DNA of 63,525 bases, the filler included, from Lenisia limosa (Eukaryota > Protista > Breviatea): assembly GCA_001655205.1 (NCBI GenBank). It is 12 parts of 12 records of this genome, joined end to end, with 100 filler letters (N's around TTAATTAATTAA, not from the genome) between each part and the next. Parts side by side here need not be neighbours in the genome. Positions count along the whole stretch, not along the records: positions 1 to 17,076 come from LPNZ01003003.1; 11 more parts are not named here. One strand, 5' to 3'. This document shows, piece by piece, positions 1 through 14,700 of the stretch; position 1 is the stretch's first letter; each line of letters opens with the position of its first letter. Position numbers and translations under genes: made by a program. Below the pieces are notes generated by a model, which saw only the letters and a list, made by a program, of their open reading frames with translations, did not search any database and was not told the origin of the DNA.

Positions 1-59
1 AGGGAAATGTTTGCTAAAACCGCAAAATGTTCAAATATATAACCCAAAGTCAACTTCGT

Positions 60-1639
60 TGTGCCAGGAAGCAGTTTCCAAGGAATATCGCGGTATAGCG
101 TCGAAGGCATTTCAAAACATTCCATAAACGTAGAGTTCACAACAACATGCCAGAAAGCAAAGCAATAACACAAACCACTGCAGTCAAGAAAAGCACGAAA
201 GCGTTTGCAGTGTAAAACACCACAATGTGTAGAAATGAGAAAAAAAAGGAAGTAGATAGACAATATTCAGAAGAACTAAGGCAAATACAAATCCCCAAAT
301 CCAAATATAAAACGTCGGAGTATATGATAGGGAATTATCTAGCATACCGGAATGTCGGAGTAATACGACAAGGAGTTCGTCCGAAGAACAAAATACCGCT
401 TCTTCCAGTTGCTGAATTTGTGGCCTTGACTGGATCGTCAAACAAGATTAATAACAGTATAACATTCTTTTTACTCTTTCCACACAAAAGATACTGAAAA
501 ACCTTGAGGTAACCTTTCACCCCCACCCCCCAGGATTTCCTCTACGAAAAAGTGCTGTCCGAAATGGTGAAGATCGGACTTAGCGCTATTCCCCATATTT
601 GCCGTGCCCAAGCGGGAGGGGAAATAAATATCTTAGATATTGATAAATCTTAAGTCTTCGAATAAATACGAATATTTCCGATAAATGGTCGATAAACCCT
701 CAAAATGTGTTAACTGTATCCCTAGATGCGTTTCGTATTTTATTCGTTTTAAAACACCAAAATGACCCCCTCACTCGCCTCTCTTCCACAGGAAGTCTTC
801 GCGGTAGATTTTGTTAACTACAGGAGAAGCAAGGTTCTCTTCTTCCATATCATTTTCATCCTTAACCATAAGCAAAGTTGCTGTGTGTATAAAATCTTGG
901 ACTTCAGTACGGTCCGAAAAAGATTGGTAAAATATTGGTATTTATCGAGGATATATCGAGAAATCTTTTCTCTTTCCTAACAGTGTAGCAATGATTAAAA
1001 CCATATATATTAGTGTGCAAGATAAGACAAAAAAATTAAATGAAGTTCAGAGGAGAAGCCATAATGCCAACAATCCCAACACAGCCAGCATTTACTCAAC
1101 AATTCGATAATCCCAACACAGCTAGCATTTACTCAACAATTCGATAAGCTCCCTCAACATATTTCTCGTACATTTATACAGATTACAACGTAAAAATTAA
1201 TTGTTTGTTTTAAGGAGATTCTAACTTGTGTATCAGGCCGAAACTGTCAAAAACAACCATGTTCATAAAAGCCATCCATTCAAATAAAAAAAAACACCAT
1301 TCATTTGTGACAGGTTCAATACTTATTATCAGCTTAAAAAGATTAACCAATCTGTTACATCGAAAGAATTGTCAAAAGAGGAAGCAAGAGATCACCCGAA
1401 GACCCCCTTCCCACCTCGTTTTCATCCTCATCATTGTCATAAGACACCTCCACTGCGCGGTCAGTCTTGTACTGCCGGTTGTAGAACCGCTCTCGGGACA
1501 ATCGACGCACAATATCGCAATTGTCTGTTGGTCCGACAGGGAGCTTCTCGGCCACCATAGTCAGGCCCCTCTTCTGCGCTCTTGACTGTGCGGCATTGGA
1601 ACCCGTTGAAGAGGTTGAGCCTCTCCTTCCACTGTCCAT
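60..1639 (-). CDS. PH-domain protein (multi-exon, runs off the left edge)
   Basis: Exons 817-779 and 424-348 splice in phase to IYREDFLWKRGHKFSNWKKRYFVLRTNSLSYYSDIP, the N-terminal half of a PH domain. A further exon near 60-110 reads AIFLGNCFLAQR. The likely first exon is 1639-1443 (MDSGRRGSTSS...RQYKTDRAVE); its linkage to the PH exons is inferred. Confidence 0.7.
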
Positions 1640-2319
1640 TCTTCAAGACCTTTTAGGTTTACCGGTCACATAGTCGTCGTTATCATGTAACTCTTCGATA
1701 TTCAAATGTAACCTATGAATATTCACAATTTTAGTGGCATAAAAGGGCATAATGCAGGGCTGCCTTCCCCTTTTTGTTAATATGCGGCGGCGCGCAGTAT
1801 AGATAGATATATACATGTATGTATCTGTAAGATGACTATAATATATTATATTACATATCATATGATTATCATATATCAGATATGATACATATGTGGTTCA
1901 TGTGGTTATAACTACACAGGCTAGATATGGTCCAAGTAGAGCTGTCAGCTATGGATAATAAGAAGAAATTTGGTTCAGATACCGTTGTTTAATATTGTAG
2001 ATATTGTTTACATTCTCTTTTATTCACCTTCTAATCCATCTTTCAATTCACACTCGCAGACTTGGGGTACCTGGCCTTTCTGCTTATCAAGACCACCGAG
2101 AAATGATCCGAGTCGATTGGACGATTTGATTACCCTATTTTGAAACTGCTTCTTATTTCAACCAGTTGGCAGTGAATATCATAACAATCTCCATGTATAG
2201 TATATTAGGAGAAAAGGAACGAAAACGAACATTAATACTACGGATTTCATATTTTTTAGTGAAGGTCATTGATGATGAATATATACCTTTGCAATGGTGA
2301 GCGCCAAACTTTAGCATGA

Positions 2320-2755
2320 TTTTCATAGAAAAAAACATAACTGCATTTGACAATGAAAAGAATGAAAAAAAAACCAAATACAAATTTAGAGAGTTTAAAT
2401 TAAAGAGCCCAGCCATCATCGTCACCAATATCGTCGTCAATTTCCTGGATAATAAGAATATTAAGAAATAAGGACTCAACAATAAAATAGTAACTGGAGA
2501 ATTGTCTGTTAAAGTTGTGGTTATTTGTAATAATCGCAAAGACAAAAAACCCAACCCCGTCTGAGAAATCCACGTCATCAAGTTCCTCGAGGCCTGCTTC
2601 TCGCTCCGGGATCTTCTTCTTCTAAGTAGGGTGAAAACAAACAAAAACTTTTTTAAAACTTATGAAACAAAGAGCGGGGCTTCTTCTTCTCAGGAATTGG
2701 GAAAACAACATATTCTTTTCATTGTCAAATGCAGTTATGTTTTTTTCTATGAAAA
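2320..2755. repeat. 44-bp perfect inverted repeat pair (2320-2363 and 2712-2755)
   Basis: TTTTCATAGAAAAAAACATAACTGCATTTGACAATGAAAAGAAT and its exact reverse complement. Confidence 0.9.
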
Positions 2756-5700
2756 ATAAAATATAAACAATATGATATAGCATAATCAAAATACATCCAT
2801 ATCTTCATCAAGTGCATTGTGGAATGAAACAATCAGGCTGAGTGAAGCCCTCTAATTACAGTAGAAAGGAATATAATATTAGCATTGGATGACAACGGCT
2901 CCTTCAGTCGAAAAAACATAATTTTAATTTTAAAATATATTATACTGTCTTTTTTGGACAATAGTGATGATCTCCTCATCCCATTCCATCCTACCCGGAA
3001 GAAGCCAGATTTCCACAGGACGCATGCGACAACGAAGACGCCACCACCAGCTCCAAATGCCTGGTTCCTGAAGAGACGTCAAATAGAAAGAAGATGCAAA
3101 ATAATTGATATCCAGAAGTGGTGAAAAAGAGTGGATTCAAAATTGAGCTCTGGAACCATTTTGTATATTTCGAGAAATCCCCACCAGTTGAACGAGTCGT
3201 CTGTTTCTTGTTCAAGAGCAACTGAAGGGGTAAAATGGGGTTATGGAGAAATTGGAAACATAACACTTTTGAATAACAATAAGTGTGTGGAGAAATTCTT
3301 AACGAGGGATGAATCTAAGCGCCATATCAAGTCGAGGTAACGATAATATGTTGATAATAAGAAATCACATTATTCACCAGGGAAAAGGGAAACAAACAAA
3401 CAAACAAATACAAAATTGATTGTCAGCCCCCAATCCTCAATAATGGTCCAAACCAGGTTGCGGCGGGTTAGTCGTGTCCGTTCCAAGAACTGTCAACTCC
3501 TCGGTCCAAAACGCGGTTTCCGGATAGAGTTCACTGGCAATGCAAGTCGCGGCGCCACCGACCTGATATTGTCAATGATGACGAAAATGAAGGGTTTTGA
3601 TCGGATCATTTCGCTTTCACTGTTTGGGATCGGTGATTGGTATGCACAAAGAGCCACGGATCAAAGGGACAGTTCTGAGAAGACCCTTTCCTCCCCTCTT
3701 CCCTCCTACTTATGAAAGGGATAGCATGGGGAGTGTTGTGAACCAAAAACGCACACATAAAAACAAAACAGAAACAAAAACTATTGTAAAAACAGTCAAC
3801 ACCATCATTTCACATCTAACAAAAATATACAGTTTTACCCATTACCCCCACTGTGAAGACGCGATCCGCCTCGGTGGTGAAGTCAGAAATGGTCACAGAC
3901 AGTCGTTTGAATACCTGTTGGCCAACCTACGTCGATCAGGAAAGTGTTTGATGGAAGACAGTGAACCAGGAAATGAAAGGCGCTTGGGGGGTCATAATTC
4001 AGAAAGTGTTTTAAGGCTATGTTAGAAAACTACAGAATAAATATAGACGTACACTACATAGATCAATTCAAGTAACACTGTGATAGCTCATCATATTTTT
4101 ATTGATGTATTTTTGTGATCACCCACAAATATCTTCTGCACGTCGCATGACAACAAAAAGATGTCATCGTATTCTGAGAGGAAAGGCCACTCCTTGCTGG
4201 TAACTGGAAGCTGAAAGGCGGTAAGTAAACATATAATATGATTGTTTCAAATTGAATACAACACTAAAAGTAGGCGCTGAACTACGTATGCAATGAAATC
4301 CTACATGGGTACAATACTGTGATTGTTGCATGGATGTACATGAAAGAGCATAATATGATATTACATAGATGAGGAGAATACGATATACTGCCTTCCATGG
4401 TAGATGCTAAAGGTGTGTGTTTCGTGTAAGTTGAGTGGGAATAACTGTATGGGTTTTATATGGCGACGTCACTTATATTGTCCGTTGACTAATACTGCAC
4501 GCGAGAAATATAGGGTGATTATCATACATAAGTAGAATAGCATGAATCACAAGAGTGACGGGTGTATTTTGTCAGTGAAAATTCGACCAGAATTTAATCC
4601 TGGTCACTATGATTGAAATAAAAAATAAATCACACAATTGTTTCTCAACAGGTATGACGCTGTTGTCATCCCTTACCTGGTCAGAGGACGGGTTGGCAAT
4701 GAAGCTGCACCACGGGTGAAGAACCTGAAGGACATCAAAACTTGCCCATTTTAGGATATAAAAAGGCATTTTCACGATGGCTGGGGGATTTCTTGAATGA
4801 CAATGCTATCTTCATCAGACAATAACACGAAGGAAGCACGTCACATCACAGAAGTCCCAAAACTTTAATATGCCGGAAACTGTGTTACTTTCAAGAGCTT
4901 CTCTGTAGCTTCACAGCCCCCAAGGTCGGACCTGTAAATCGGTGACCACGGGTATGACGGCGGAGGCATTGCCCTGAAGATGGTCGACTGAAAGCTGGGC
5001 CGCGGACCCGCTGAAGTGCACAATCGCGTGGTCACTGTGAGTTAATGTAGAGCGATGACTTGCATAATCCCGTGATCACAGGAATGGGATGAACATAATC
5101 AAGGAATGACAATGACATGTTGAAGTGTGTAATGGCGTAATCACGACATACCACGAACTGAATAGCAATGAAGATTAAATACTTTTCGGATATTTTAATT
5201 TTTATATTATTGAAGTGTCCCACCAAGTACTTGTCGGGATGTCGAACTCATCAGTTTCGAAGTCGCCAAGGCCAAGGTCAGGGTTGATGCGCTTCGGGCC
5301 GTTCTGGAAGATTAAGCAGGAAAGACAAATAGACAACATAAATATTTCACAAGAAGTACTTAAAGAATAACGTTGGAGAAGATACGTAATACGAAAAAGA
5401 GCTTTAGATTGTGGAACACCATATCTGCTTCTCAATAACCGATGTTAGCGTTGTGCACTGACCTGGATGACAACAGAGTACTGGAGGGAAGTTGACGGAG
5501 GGACCTGTGACGCGTTAGGTAAAGAAAAGCTGAACAAGAGAAAAAGAGCGGAGTGATATTTTTTAGAACTGTTGGTTTGTATGTTTATGATGTAGCTATA
5601 TGATAGTATTTTTTTTTTATATAATTCATTACATTGCTATATTATTATTTATTCTTATTAGTTTACTATCAGGGCATTCGAGATACTATTTATAAGGACA

Positions 5701-8700
5701 CATTATTACCACAAGCATTCTCCATCCCACCTGGCTCCACGGTGCACTCGAGATGGTCAGGCGAAGATCGACAGTCGCCGCTGCCGCCTCAACAACCACA
5801 GTTACGGGACCGTTGTTAGAAAGGTCCTGGGGAGGTTAACAACAACAACAGCAACAGCAAACATGCAAATAAAAATAAGCACAAAACAAAACAAAACAAA
5901 ATAAAACAAAACAAAACAAAACAAAACAAAAAAAAAACAAAACAGCAAAAACATAATTGCACACTGGATCTTTGTGAAGAGGGATGATCTCTGACACAAT
6001 CGAGTAGTTTCCTAAAACAGTTAAACAAGCAAAGTGGCATACAATCGCAAAGTACGTGTGATCTCACAATATAATCAAAGTTTTCGATGTTTATGCTGAT
6101 CTAGAGAGGGTATTTTCCGAATTTGCAAGTAGAACACCCCAACTCACATGACATATGATAGAGTATGAACTTATCTTATCCGTCCACCACTTGGAGAAAA
6201 GAAGTCCCATACCAACAGCAGTAAACTATGTGCTTTTCCCCATATCAAACAGCAGACACGCGAACTGACACATAAACAAACATACACCACCAACAACATC
6301 ATGCCCTAATCCACCCACCACTGGGGGCAAAGAAGTCGATCGTAGTTGGGATGTTAACCGACACCGAGGCGTCAACCTTCATTTCAGAGGTACTAGAAGG
6401 GGTGAGTGTTTACATAAAACTATGGGGTGTGGGCAGCTACATATTTCGGAAGTACTCAATATGATGAGGGTTAACGTCACATAGACACTATTTGGGGGTA
6501 TGTTTGATGGCCAATAATTCAATACATGATACGATATCATGTATTATTTCAGGAAGACGGAGTGTTTACATTTTATACGAAAATATAGGGAAGAAAACCG
6601 GAAATTTTGGAGGTATTGGAAGGGGGTAGCTAAGGATACTTCCAAATAAAGTCATAATTTTACCGAAGGAACATAAAATAACTCGTGCTTTCAGTTAGGC
6701 TGGAAAAATATGAACAGTCTGTAAAATTACTGGAAACAATTCTGGTGCGTGTAAAACCCACGTGCATATGACTGTGTGGTTTGAAGCATCGAAGAACTCG
6801 CAGGAGCCTTCCAGTTCGCGGCCATTGTTGGCGTTCTTGAAGACAGCCTGAGGTGGATGAGGGATGAATTGATGAGGGATGGGGGTATGGTGAATGCTGG
6901 GACAGGAAATGGACAAGCTAATATTGTATCTATTTTTGTATCAAAATGGGGAAGAAAGAATGGTTGAGTGACGTTGGGAGGATGAAACATACATAATATT
7001 AACTTATTCTGGATTATGGTTTGACAACGCCAAAAAGAGACACAATGAAAACGACCAATCCAACCTGCGAAGGGTTGACGATCAAGAGGGGGTCAACCGT
7101 GACGGTCAGGTTGCAGGAAGCAGGGGATGACATGGGGCGGAAAGAGTTGCCAACGTTACGGATGAAGACCTGATGAGCGTGAACCGAGTGAATTTGGACG
7201 ACTGGAATGCATTACAACTTTACTGTATGCATACATAGTGCATACTTATAGCCGCATTATTATACTTCAATCCCCCTTTCTTTTAACTTCCGTCGTTCAT
7301 ATCTGAAGCTCAAATGCATCCCAATCCTGACCTGAGTTTTGAAGGTTTCACCTCCGATGGGGATGGTGCCTGTTGCTACTGTGGTTGACATCTATAGAGG
7401 TCAATGGGACAGAACAAGGGACGTCATCATAAAGGGAAAGAGAACAAAACAAATCGCATTAACTTAATAAAAACAGAAACAACAAACAAGAAAACTTCCA
7501 CAGAGTTAATGGGATCTCTTACCAGTTCTAAGCTGAGGTCGGACTCCAAAATGACATCGATCTGGGCCTACAACTGGTTAGCCATGTATATGATCAAACA
7601 ATACGTTTACTCATCTTTTGTATTTATTTCAATTATCAAAAATGTAAAAAAAACTTTCACTTGCATTATTTCACCACATGCAATGCTATGCATTTAGCAT
7701 GTATGTTGCAGCAAACCGTGTCGGTGTTATCGGAGGGGAAGGTCTCGGCAATAGTGCCGTACACGACCGCAGCGACAGTCGGAGAGAAGTCAGGCTATGC
7801 GCGTGAGAGGGTGTATAGGAGGATCAGTCTGACTCAACCATTATGAAACAGATCAAGCACCAGGATTCAGAAAGAAAAAGACAAAGAAAATAACATCGTT
7901 TTCCCAAGGGTATTAAACGGGAAGTCTTGACAATACCTTCAAGGCAGTTTTTGAGGAAATTGAGAGGGTCCAGTACTTCGAGGGAGGCAAGATTGGCACT
8001 GGGCAGCTGTAGACACCATCCTGAGAAATCACTACTTGCACTACTTGCACTACTTGCACCCGCCGGAAACAGACGGCTTTGAATTTCGTTTTTGGAGAAG
8101 TTGGTATTATTCATATTATGTGTTTGTACGAGAAATTGTGAAAATCGCAATAAGTATAACACGAACATTACACGACAGCCACTTTGCTCCACGGCCCTTT
8201 CCCCCACCAGTTCGACACATATCGGGGGGTTGATACTCGATACGGTGAGGCCCTCGGGAATGGTGACGTTCAGTACCGCGGCGGAGTCAATGGCGGGCCC
8301 CTTGTTGATCACTTGGATCTACGAGGGGTTAGAGCGGAAGCAGCCAAAGAAATTATACAATAACAATGTTGGAGTTTCCCAAAAAATAGAAATCACAAAA
8401 TATGATCAAGAAAGGAACAGAAGCCGAGTCACCACGTCTGGGAGGGGTTGGAGGCAATTTTAAGAGGAAGAGAACGCATGTACATTGAGCGTGGAAATCT
8501 GTCCCTTGGTTTCAAGAATGCCATTCAAACTAGTAAGTGGGTTGCCTACCTGGAATTGCGCCGTTTGCCCGGAGTAGACAGTGGTAGCGATGGGCGATAC
8601 GGAGACGGAAATATCAGTTTCAGCCGGGTGGATCTCCGCAATCACAACCAGGTTGTTGTTACTTAGGTCCGTGTCGGTATGGGGGGAGATCACTGGGGGT

Positions 8701-11700
8701 GTAAATAGACTTCAGAGAGCAAGACAAATGAAAAATAATTCAAAGACCGAAAGCTATTTTGATGGTACACACGGAGTCGGTGGCGGCAGTATATGGTGGG
8801 ATCACTGGGGAACTCAGGAAACAGAAAAAATCACCCCCCACTCAAAGAAATCACCCCCCACTCAAAGTGAAAGAATTAACCTACGTGGCTGACCACCGTA
8901 ACAAGTAGCCCAACAGTAACCTACGTTCTCCAAGGATGGTGACATTTCCACCACTATGGGCTGGCGACACCTCACACGGCACCGACAGGAGCTGGGGGGT
9001 CAACAAATCGGAAATTAAACACAACGATAATTTTATGTCATAAATCTTCGGTGTGAAGTAATCAACTCCACATTACAGTCGAAGTGTGACTTATGAATAA
9101 TCATAAACAATGCACATCAATTTACGGATTTCTAGTGGATATCATAACATGTGTTATTATCTGGGTTACCTAACATCTCAATGTGAAGCGTGACAAATAC
9201 TATCATCCACGTAATATTTATTTGCTCAACATTGAAGACAGTGTTTGAAGCCAACCAGTTCAGTTTCAGGCTCCATGACAGGCATGATGCAGCTAATTTC
9301 ATTGGCAATGAATGTGCAGACTAAAACGATCAAAATGGTGGAGTTTGATGGATGTCACTAAAACGACCAAAGTGTAGGGGGAGGTGTGATGAAAGTGATC
9401 AAAATTTGACAGACGGTTCTGAAACAAAACAAAAACAGTCATCCATAATAAGGTATTAAACCTCCATATCTCAGAATATTACCGACCACGTATCATTTTA
9501 CAGACCAATGTGAAACCACCTCTCACTTTTACTGTTATTATCGTTGCCTCGGTAAAACTATGGTCCAGTCGGTTAAATTATTCGGTATTTGGTAATCAAA
9601 CTCAGCATACCTGGTGGATCTTGAGGGAGAAGATGGGGGAGGAGTTGCAATCTTGCATCTTCAATAGTTGCTGTCACCTGAGAGATGAGGAAAGAAAAAG
9701 CAAAACCCCAACAAAATGAATTCCGAATCACTGTTTCCACTCTCAATCAGTGCTTATTGTGCAAATTATCTTAATATAGAGGGGGAAGAGGTGGTACCAA
9801 GCAAAATGTGAATCGCTTGAGATATGGATGGCCTAGATCTGGGCTCCTTCTCTTTCTTTCTTGTTTCCCAGTGTGTTCTTCTGATTCTGATTCTTATGGG
9901 TCCAGAGAGTTTTTGGACAGGAAATATCCCTTGAAAAGTTGCTTCAAAACGCACACACATACACATCGAATCGACCTCTCGCTATAATGCTGCTCAACAC
10001 CCACATTATCGGGGAGTTGGATATTGATGGTCGGGGCACCAGGGGACCTTATAGCTGAGAAGGGGGTGTGGTGATTCGACACAGATGCGGCCAATGTGAA
10101 CTGTAGAGAGGCAAGGATCTGGAAAGCGGTAAGTGCAAAAGATTGAGAGTGACATCAAGCAGAGAAGAACATTTAGGTTGATGTTCAAGTGTTCTCTCGG
10201 TTCCATAGGGTTTTTCTGTCAATTTCCACATGAGTGGAAATGAGCAATCATGTACGAAAATGATGCCAAAGCGTGACATGATGGTGACCCAAACCTTTTC
10301 ATATGCGCTATTGGACACGAGGCTCTCGAAACGGAAGTCCGACTCCCATTTGACCTCAACGGTGTGGCTGGAAAGGTGAATACTATCCCCAGTGGATGTG
10401 TTTGTAGAATACAGCGGCTGGCAGCAGATTGGGAATGCATTAGTTGTGAAGAAAAGGGGATGTGTATTGTGAATACTGTGACCTGCATTCAATCACAAAT
10501 GTTTCCGAAAGGTGAACACGCTGAGATTTAAGTTACAGTGCACATAATACCCACTTTTGTCTGTTGTTACTTTGTGTGTCATCCGGCACACTGCTTTCGA
10601 CCCATCCGTCAATAGCCAAATTGCCGGTAAACTCATCAATTACCTTGAGAACAAATCTGAAGTGTGATTTAAAAATCAGAGAGATATACGGAATGATGTG
10701 AATCTACGTTGATATGTTGCTTCAGAAATGCAACACCCGCATTCATAATAATAAAAATAATAATAATGGAACAATTGTCCAGCAGGCCACCACCCACAAA
10801 GCGCGGTAATCCTCGGAAACATCCAGGGGTGGGATGGGGCAGGAATGGAGATCGTCAATATGCCTGAAAAGTCAGGACTGTAAAGAATGTTCAATGATGA
10901 ATGAAAGAATATATTAGCAAAATATAAAATGAAACGATGATCATCTCCTACACAACAAATATGAAAACGCTTGCATCCATATTAGACAATTTTCCATCAG
11001 GTGATCCCTACGTGCAATTGTCATTCGGCGTGGTAACGATGGAAATCTCAGGAGGAAGCTAAACCAGTGAGACAACAGAAAACAAAACAAAACGGTTGTG
11101 TGAAGGAACACGAGTGAGGAAATCACAATTGTGAAAAAAAAAAGAGATAATAACAACGAAATTATGTACTTTACATTTCGTACGGCCTCACTTGAGTCCA
11201 AAAGTAGGTCCATAACACTTGACCTACCTTGAGAACCACTCGTGGGTTGGGGTCTAAAGACGGCCCACTCGACGCCGCCACAAGACCCGCTGAGAAGACT
11301 TGGCCTAAGGGGGTTAATGGAGAATACTTGTTATGAAGGTACATGTATGTATCAGTGCTACAGAGATATGTGTGTGCTGAGGTGGGCTATGGACTTATAT
11401 TGCGTCAACGAGGTGGAACAGAAAATAAAAGGAGAAGAGTTAATGCAGAATAATAGGCTTGCTTTGAGTCAAACGAAAGTTTTTAGCCTATGTGTGTGTG
11501 TGTTGTCGTGGAGGGGGGGGGGGGGAANNNNNNNNNNNNNNNNNNNNNNNNNNNNNNNNNNNNNNNNNNNNNNNNNNNNNNNNTTATGGAGGGGTTAATT
11601 GATGAATCCAGTCAATTTTTGGACAGAAGTGAAGAAGATCCAACCCGAATAGAGAGTTCCCGGAGATGCGAAGAAGATGACCAGGTCAGTGAAGGGCGAC

Positions 11701-14700
11701 GAAAGGGTCAGGGTGTCGGACATGGTGTTGGTATCAGGACTAAAGGGGATAAGAAAGACGATGAACCAATTGAAAAAAAAATAAAATAATAAAAATAATT
11801 AAAAAAAAATAACAACAAAGTTTAAGTATCCACTTGGGGGTCAGAAAGTGACTGGCATCATGAACTAATAACAATGAGATATAAATAATATTCATTTATA
11901 AATACAATGTGACTGTCTGAAACCCACAGTAGTTCCCTGGCATCTGAGGAAACGGTTGCAGTGTTGGTCAATGTTCCCATTTGTGCCGTCGGATCCGTCC
12001 GAGCAACAATAGTCACTTCCTTGACTTCTTCTGAGGGGCATGAAGATGATGGGTGATACGATGAAAAATTATAGGATGTGCAATGACCTCCTATACTTCG
12101 TCTGATGGGCATGTAGGGGAGGGCGATGGGATGAAGAAACAACAAAACTTAATAGCCATCGATTAGATGCCTCACGATATAACGACGAAATACAATTATC
12201 AATCTGTTTTAATAGCAATGTCAGATGTATTTTGGTACAACTTCATGACCCTCAGCTCACCCGGGTTAATTGACTGCAGGAGGCATGTGACGGTGTTGTT
12301 ACCGCTTTGGAAGCAGCGAACTTCAGGATCAGGCGTCTGCAATGGTCAAATGAAGATGAACCAATATACCAGCGAATATAAGGACTAATACCATGTGGAT
12401 AAGTATGGTCATACGTATGAGTGGGGGAAGACACTGGAGAAGGTGACAGGTCACATCAATCCAGTATTCTTTGTTTAGTTCTTACCATAATAGATACAAA
12501 TTTAGTTTTTCCAGGAAGAGGGTCTTGGACAATCACCTACATGATGTCAGAATAATAAATAATACAGAAATACTTGATGTGATTACAGCAAACACTTCTA
12601 CGAGATCATAGATATAAACAATACTTCATATCTACTTCATATCTACATTGATGATTCCAGTTCAACATGAATTACGACATCATGTTACGAAAACGTTTCA
12701 AATGTAAAATAAATATAAAGCATAAGATATTTAGACTATCAAACAGAGGAAAATACTTTCCAGATTCCCCGCGTACATTCCTCGCGAGAGATGGTCCGTG
12801 ATTTTCTACTGCAATGGAGTAGAACACGATATCTCCGCCGACAACAATGACGTCCTCTCCACCGCCGGTTTGCTTGGGGGAAATCGCCTAGACAGATGTA
12901 AACTGAAGAAACGAGCAAAATGAGGTGGCAAAAGTGCAAAAAAGACCAACCTAGCAATAACACACAAAAAGTACAGCAGAAACGCAGCTGAAAACAAGTA
13001 CATTTACACACACACAAGGATGGTGTTTCCAATAAAAATGGCCAATCAAGCTTGCCACAGATAATTATCATCCAGCACCAACCTTATCAGCAACCCTCCC
13101 CCAAATAAAAACATATTTATCAAAAGAATACAAAAAAATAATTTGCCACCGACTCTCATGAGAATGGAGACGTCCGCCGCCACTTCCGTTGTTGTAGTGA
13201 TTGTGACGTCGTTATTAGAAGGGACGATGTCAGTCTGAAGTATGGTTAGTATGGTCATACAAAATAGGCAAAGAAAACTATATTCAGAAACATTAAATAA
13301 TAATTGGTGGAACAAAAGGGCCATCGGGTGAAAATGGAAAAGCAATAACAACAATGACAGCCAAGATAAATAGGTGGTGTATGTAACACTAAGGCAATTA
13401 TGGTAACTAAGAGGCAAAAAGAGAGGTAATTAAAATCAAGTAAATGCAGTATTGCAGCTTTGTCGTACCGAATCCGCCGCAATTGTGGCATTGGCAATAA
13501 GGAGAGAACCATCAAGAAGGGCTGCGTCAGAAACCACCTTGATTGACACCTGCGCGATTGTACCCTTGTCAATCTACAGGAATTAGTTTTTTTGGGAGGA
13601 AGTTCGTTTTTGTTAAGTCAATAATTACCTTAAACACGCCAGGCGAAGAGTAGTCTCCAACTCCGCATGAGACGGAGGCACCAAGAGACTCACATGTGCC
13701 TAAAGAAGTAAGACGTTAACAAGACTCGTCCTCAGAACAATTTACATAATGATGAGCACTTGAACAATGGAATATCATGCATAATTTCTTTGAAATGATG
13801 CATTCAATATGTATGGAACAGGAATGCTTTTGAATATTATTCAAAAGGAATAAAAACGTCAACAACAGCCCCATTGTGCAAACCATTCGGGGTCGCAAAA
13901 GCGGAAACGAAAGTTAACCCTTCAGGAAGGTCAAGGTCAAGAGTCACATTATACGCTGGGAGAGTAAGTAATGGGTGGCTTATCAGAAACTAGTGTGTGT
14001 GTAATATGCTGTCTTTTCTCATCAATGTGCATCGAACCAGCAAGACATCGCAAAACAACAACATTATCAATCCCATGACGTACCATCATTGAGTCCTTTG
14101 TTTGCGACAACAAAGAGGTATTCGAATGGCTTGCCGGATAACACCTGGATGACAAGAATGTGAAATAAGTCAAAAATCAGGGTTACAAGGATATGAACAT
14201 ATCATCTGGGGAAAATTGAATCGGAAGACTACCTCCACAAAGCAAACATCAAAAAAATCAAACAGATGATATGATATGTCCACAAACAGCCTGGTGGAAT
14301 ATAATCCGACCCCCCCCCCCGCAAACTGTTTCAGTTGCAGATTGCCCGTAAAGTGAAAGGTCAATGTCCTTGTAAATACTCCATGAAGCCTGAGTCGTTA
14401 AAACACCAAAAATGCCACACAGCTGCTCAAGCATCAGAAAACGTCTCAGAAGAAATGGTTGATTATTCATCATATCCATGATTTCAATGTGTTCAATGAA
14501 ATACTTTCCTGAGTTTACCCCCCCCCCCCNNNNNNNNNNNNNNNNNNNNNNNNNNNNNNNNNNNNNNATGATAACTGTGGCCTGGATTGTCAAATCATGA
14601 TATTGTAGCAAGAGTAAATGAAAGCATACTATGAAAAATACAGAGGTCTGATATAAGGCATCTAAAATTAGATAATCAGGCAGTTGGTCGACCAAATACA

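Noticed and set aside
1440-1700. Programmed frameshift joining KNGQWKERLNLFNGFQ to the VAEKLPVG frame at a G4 run
   Set aside because: The MDSGRRG frame is already open from 1639 without a shift. The alternative frame has no recognisable homology, and a homopolymer error cannot be excluded.
2057-2150. Small exon (plus LGYLAFLLIKTTEK* or minus VIKSSNRLGSFLGGLDKQKGQ)
   Set aside because: The strand is ambiguous and it cannot be linked in phase to any supported gene.
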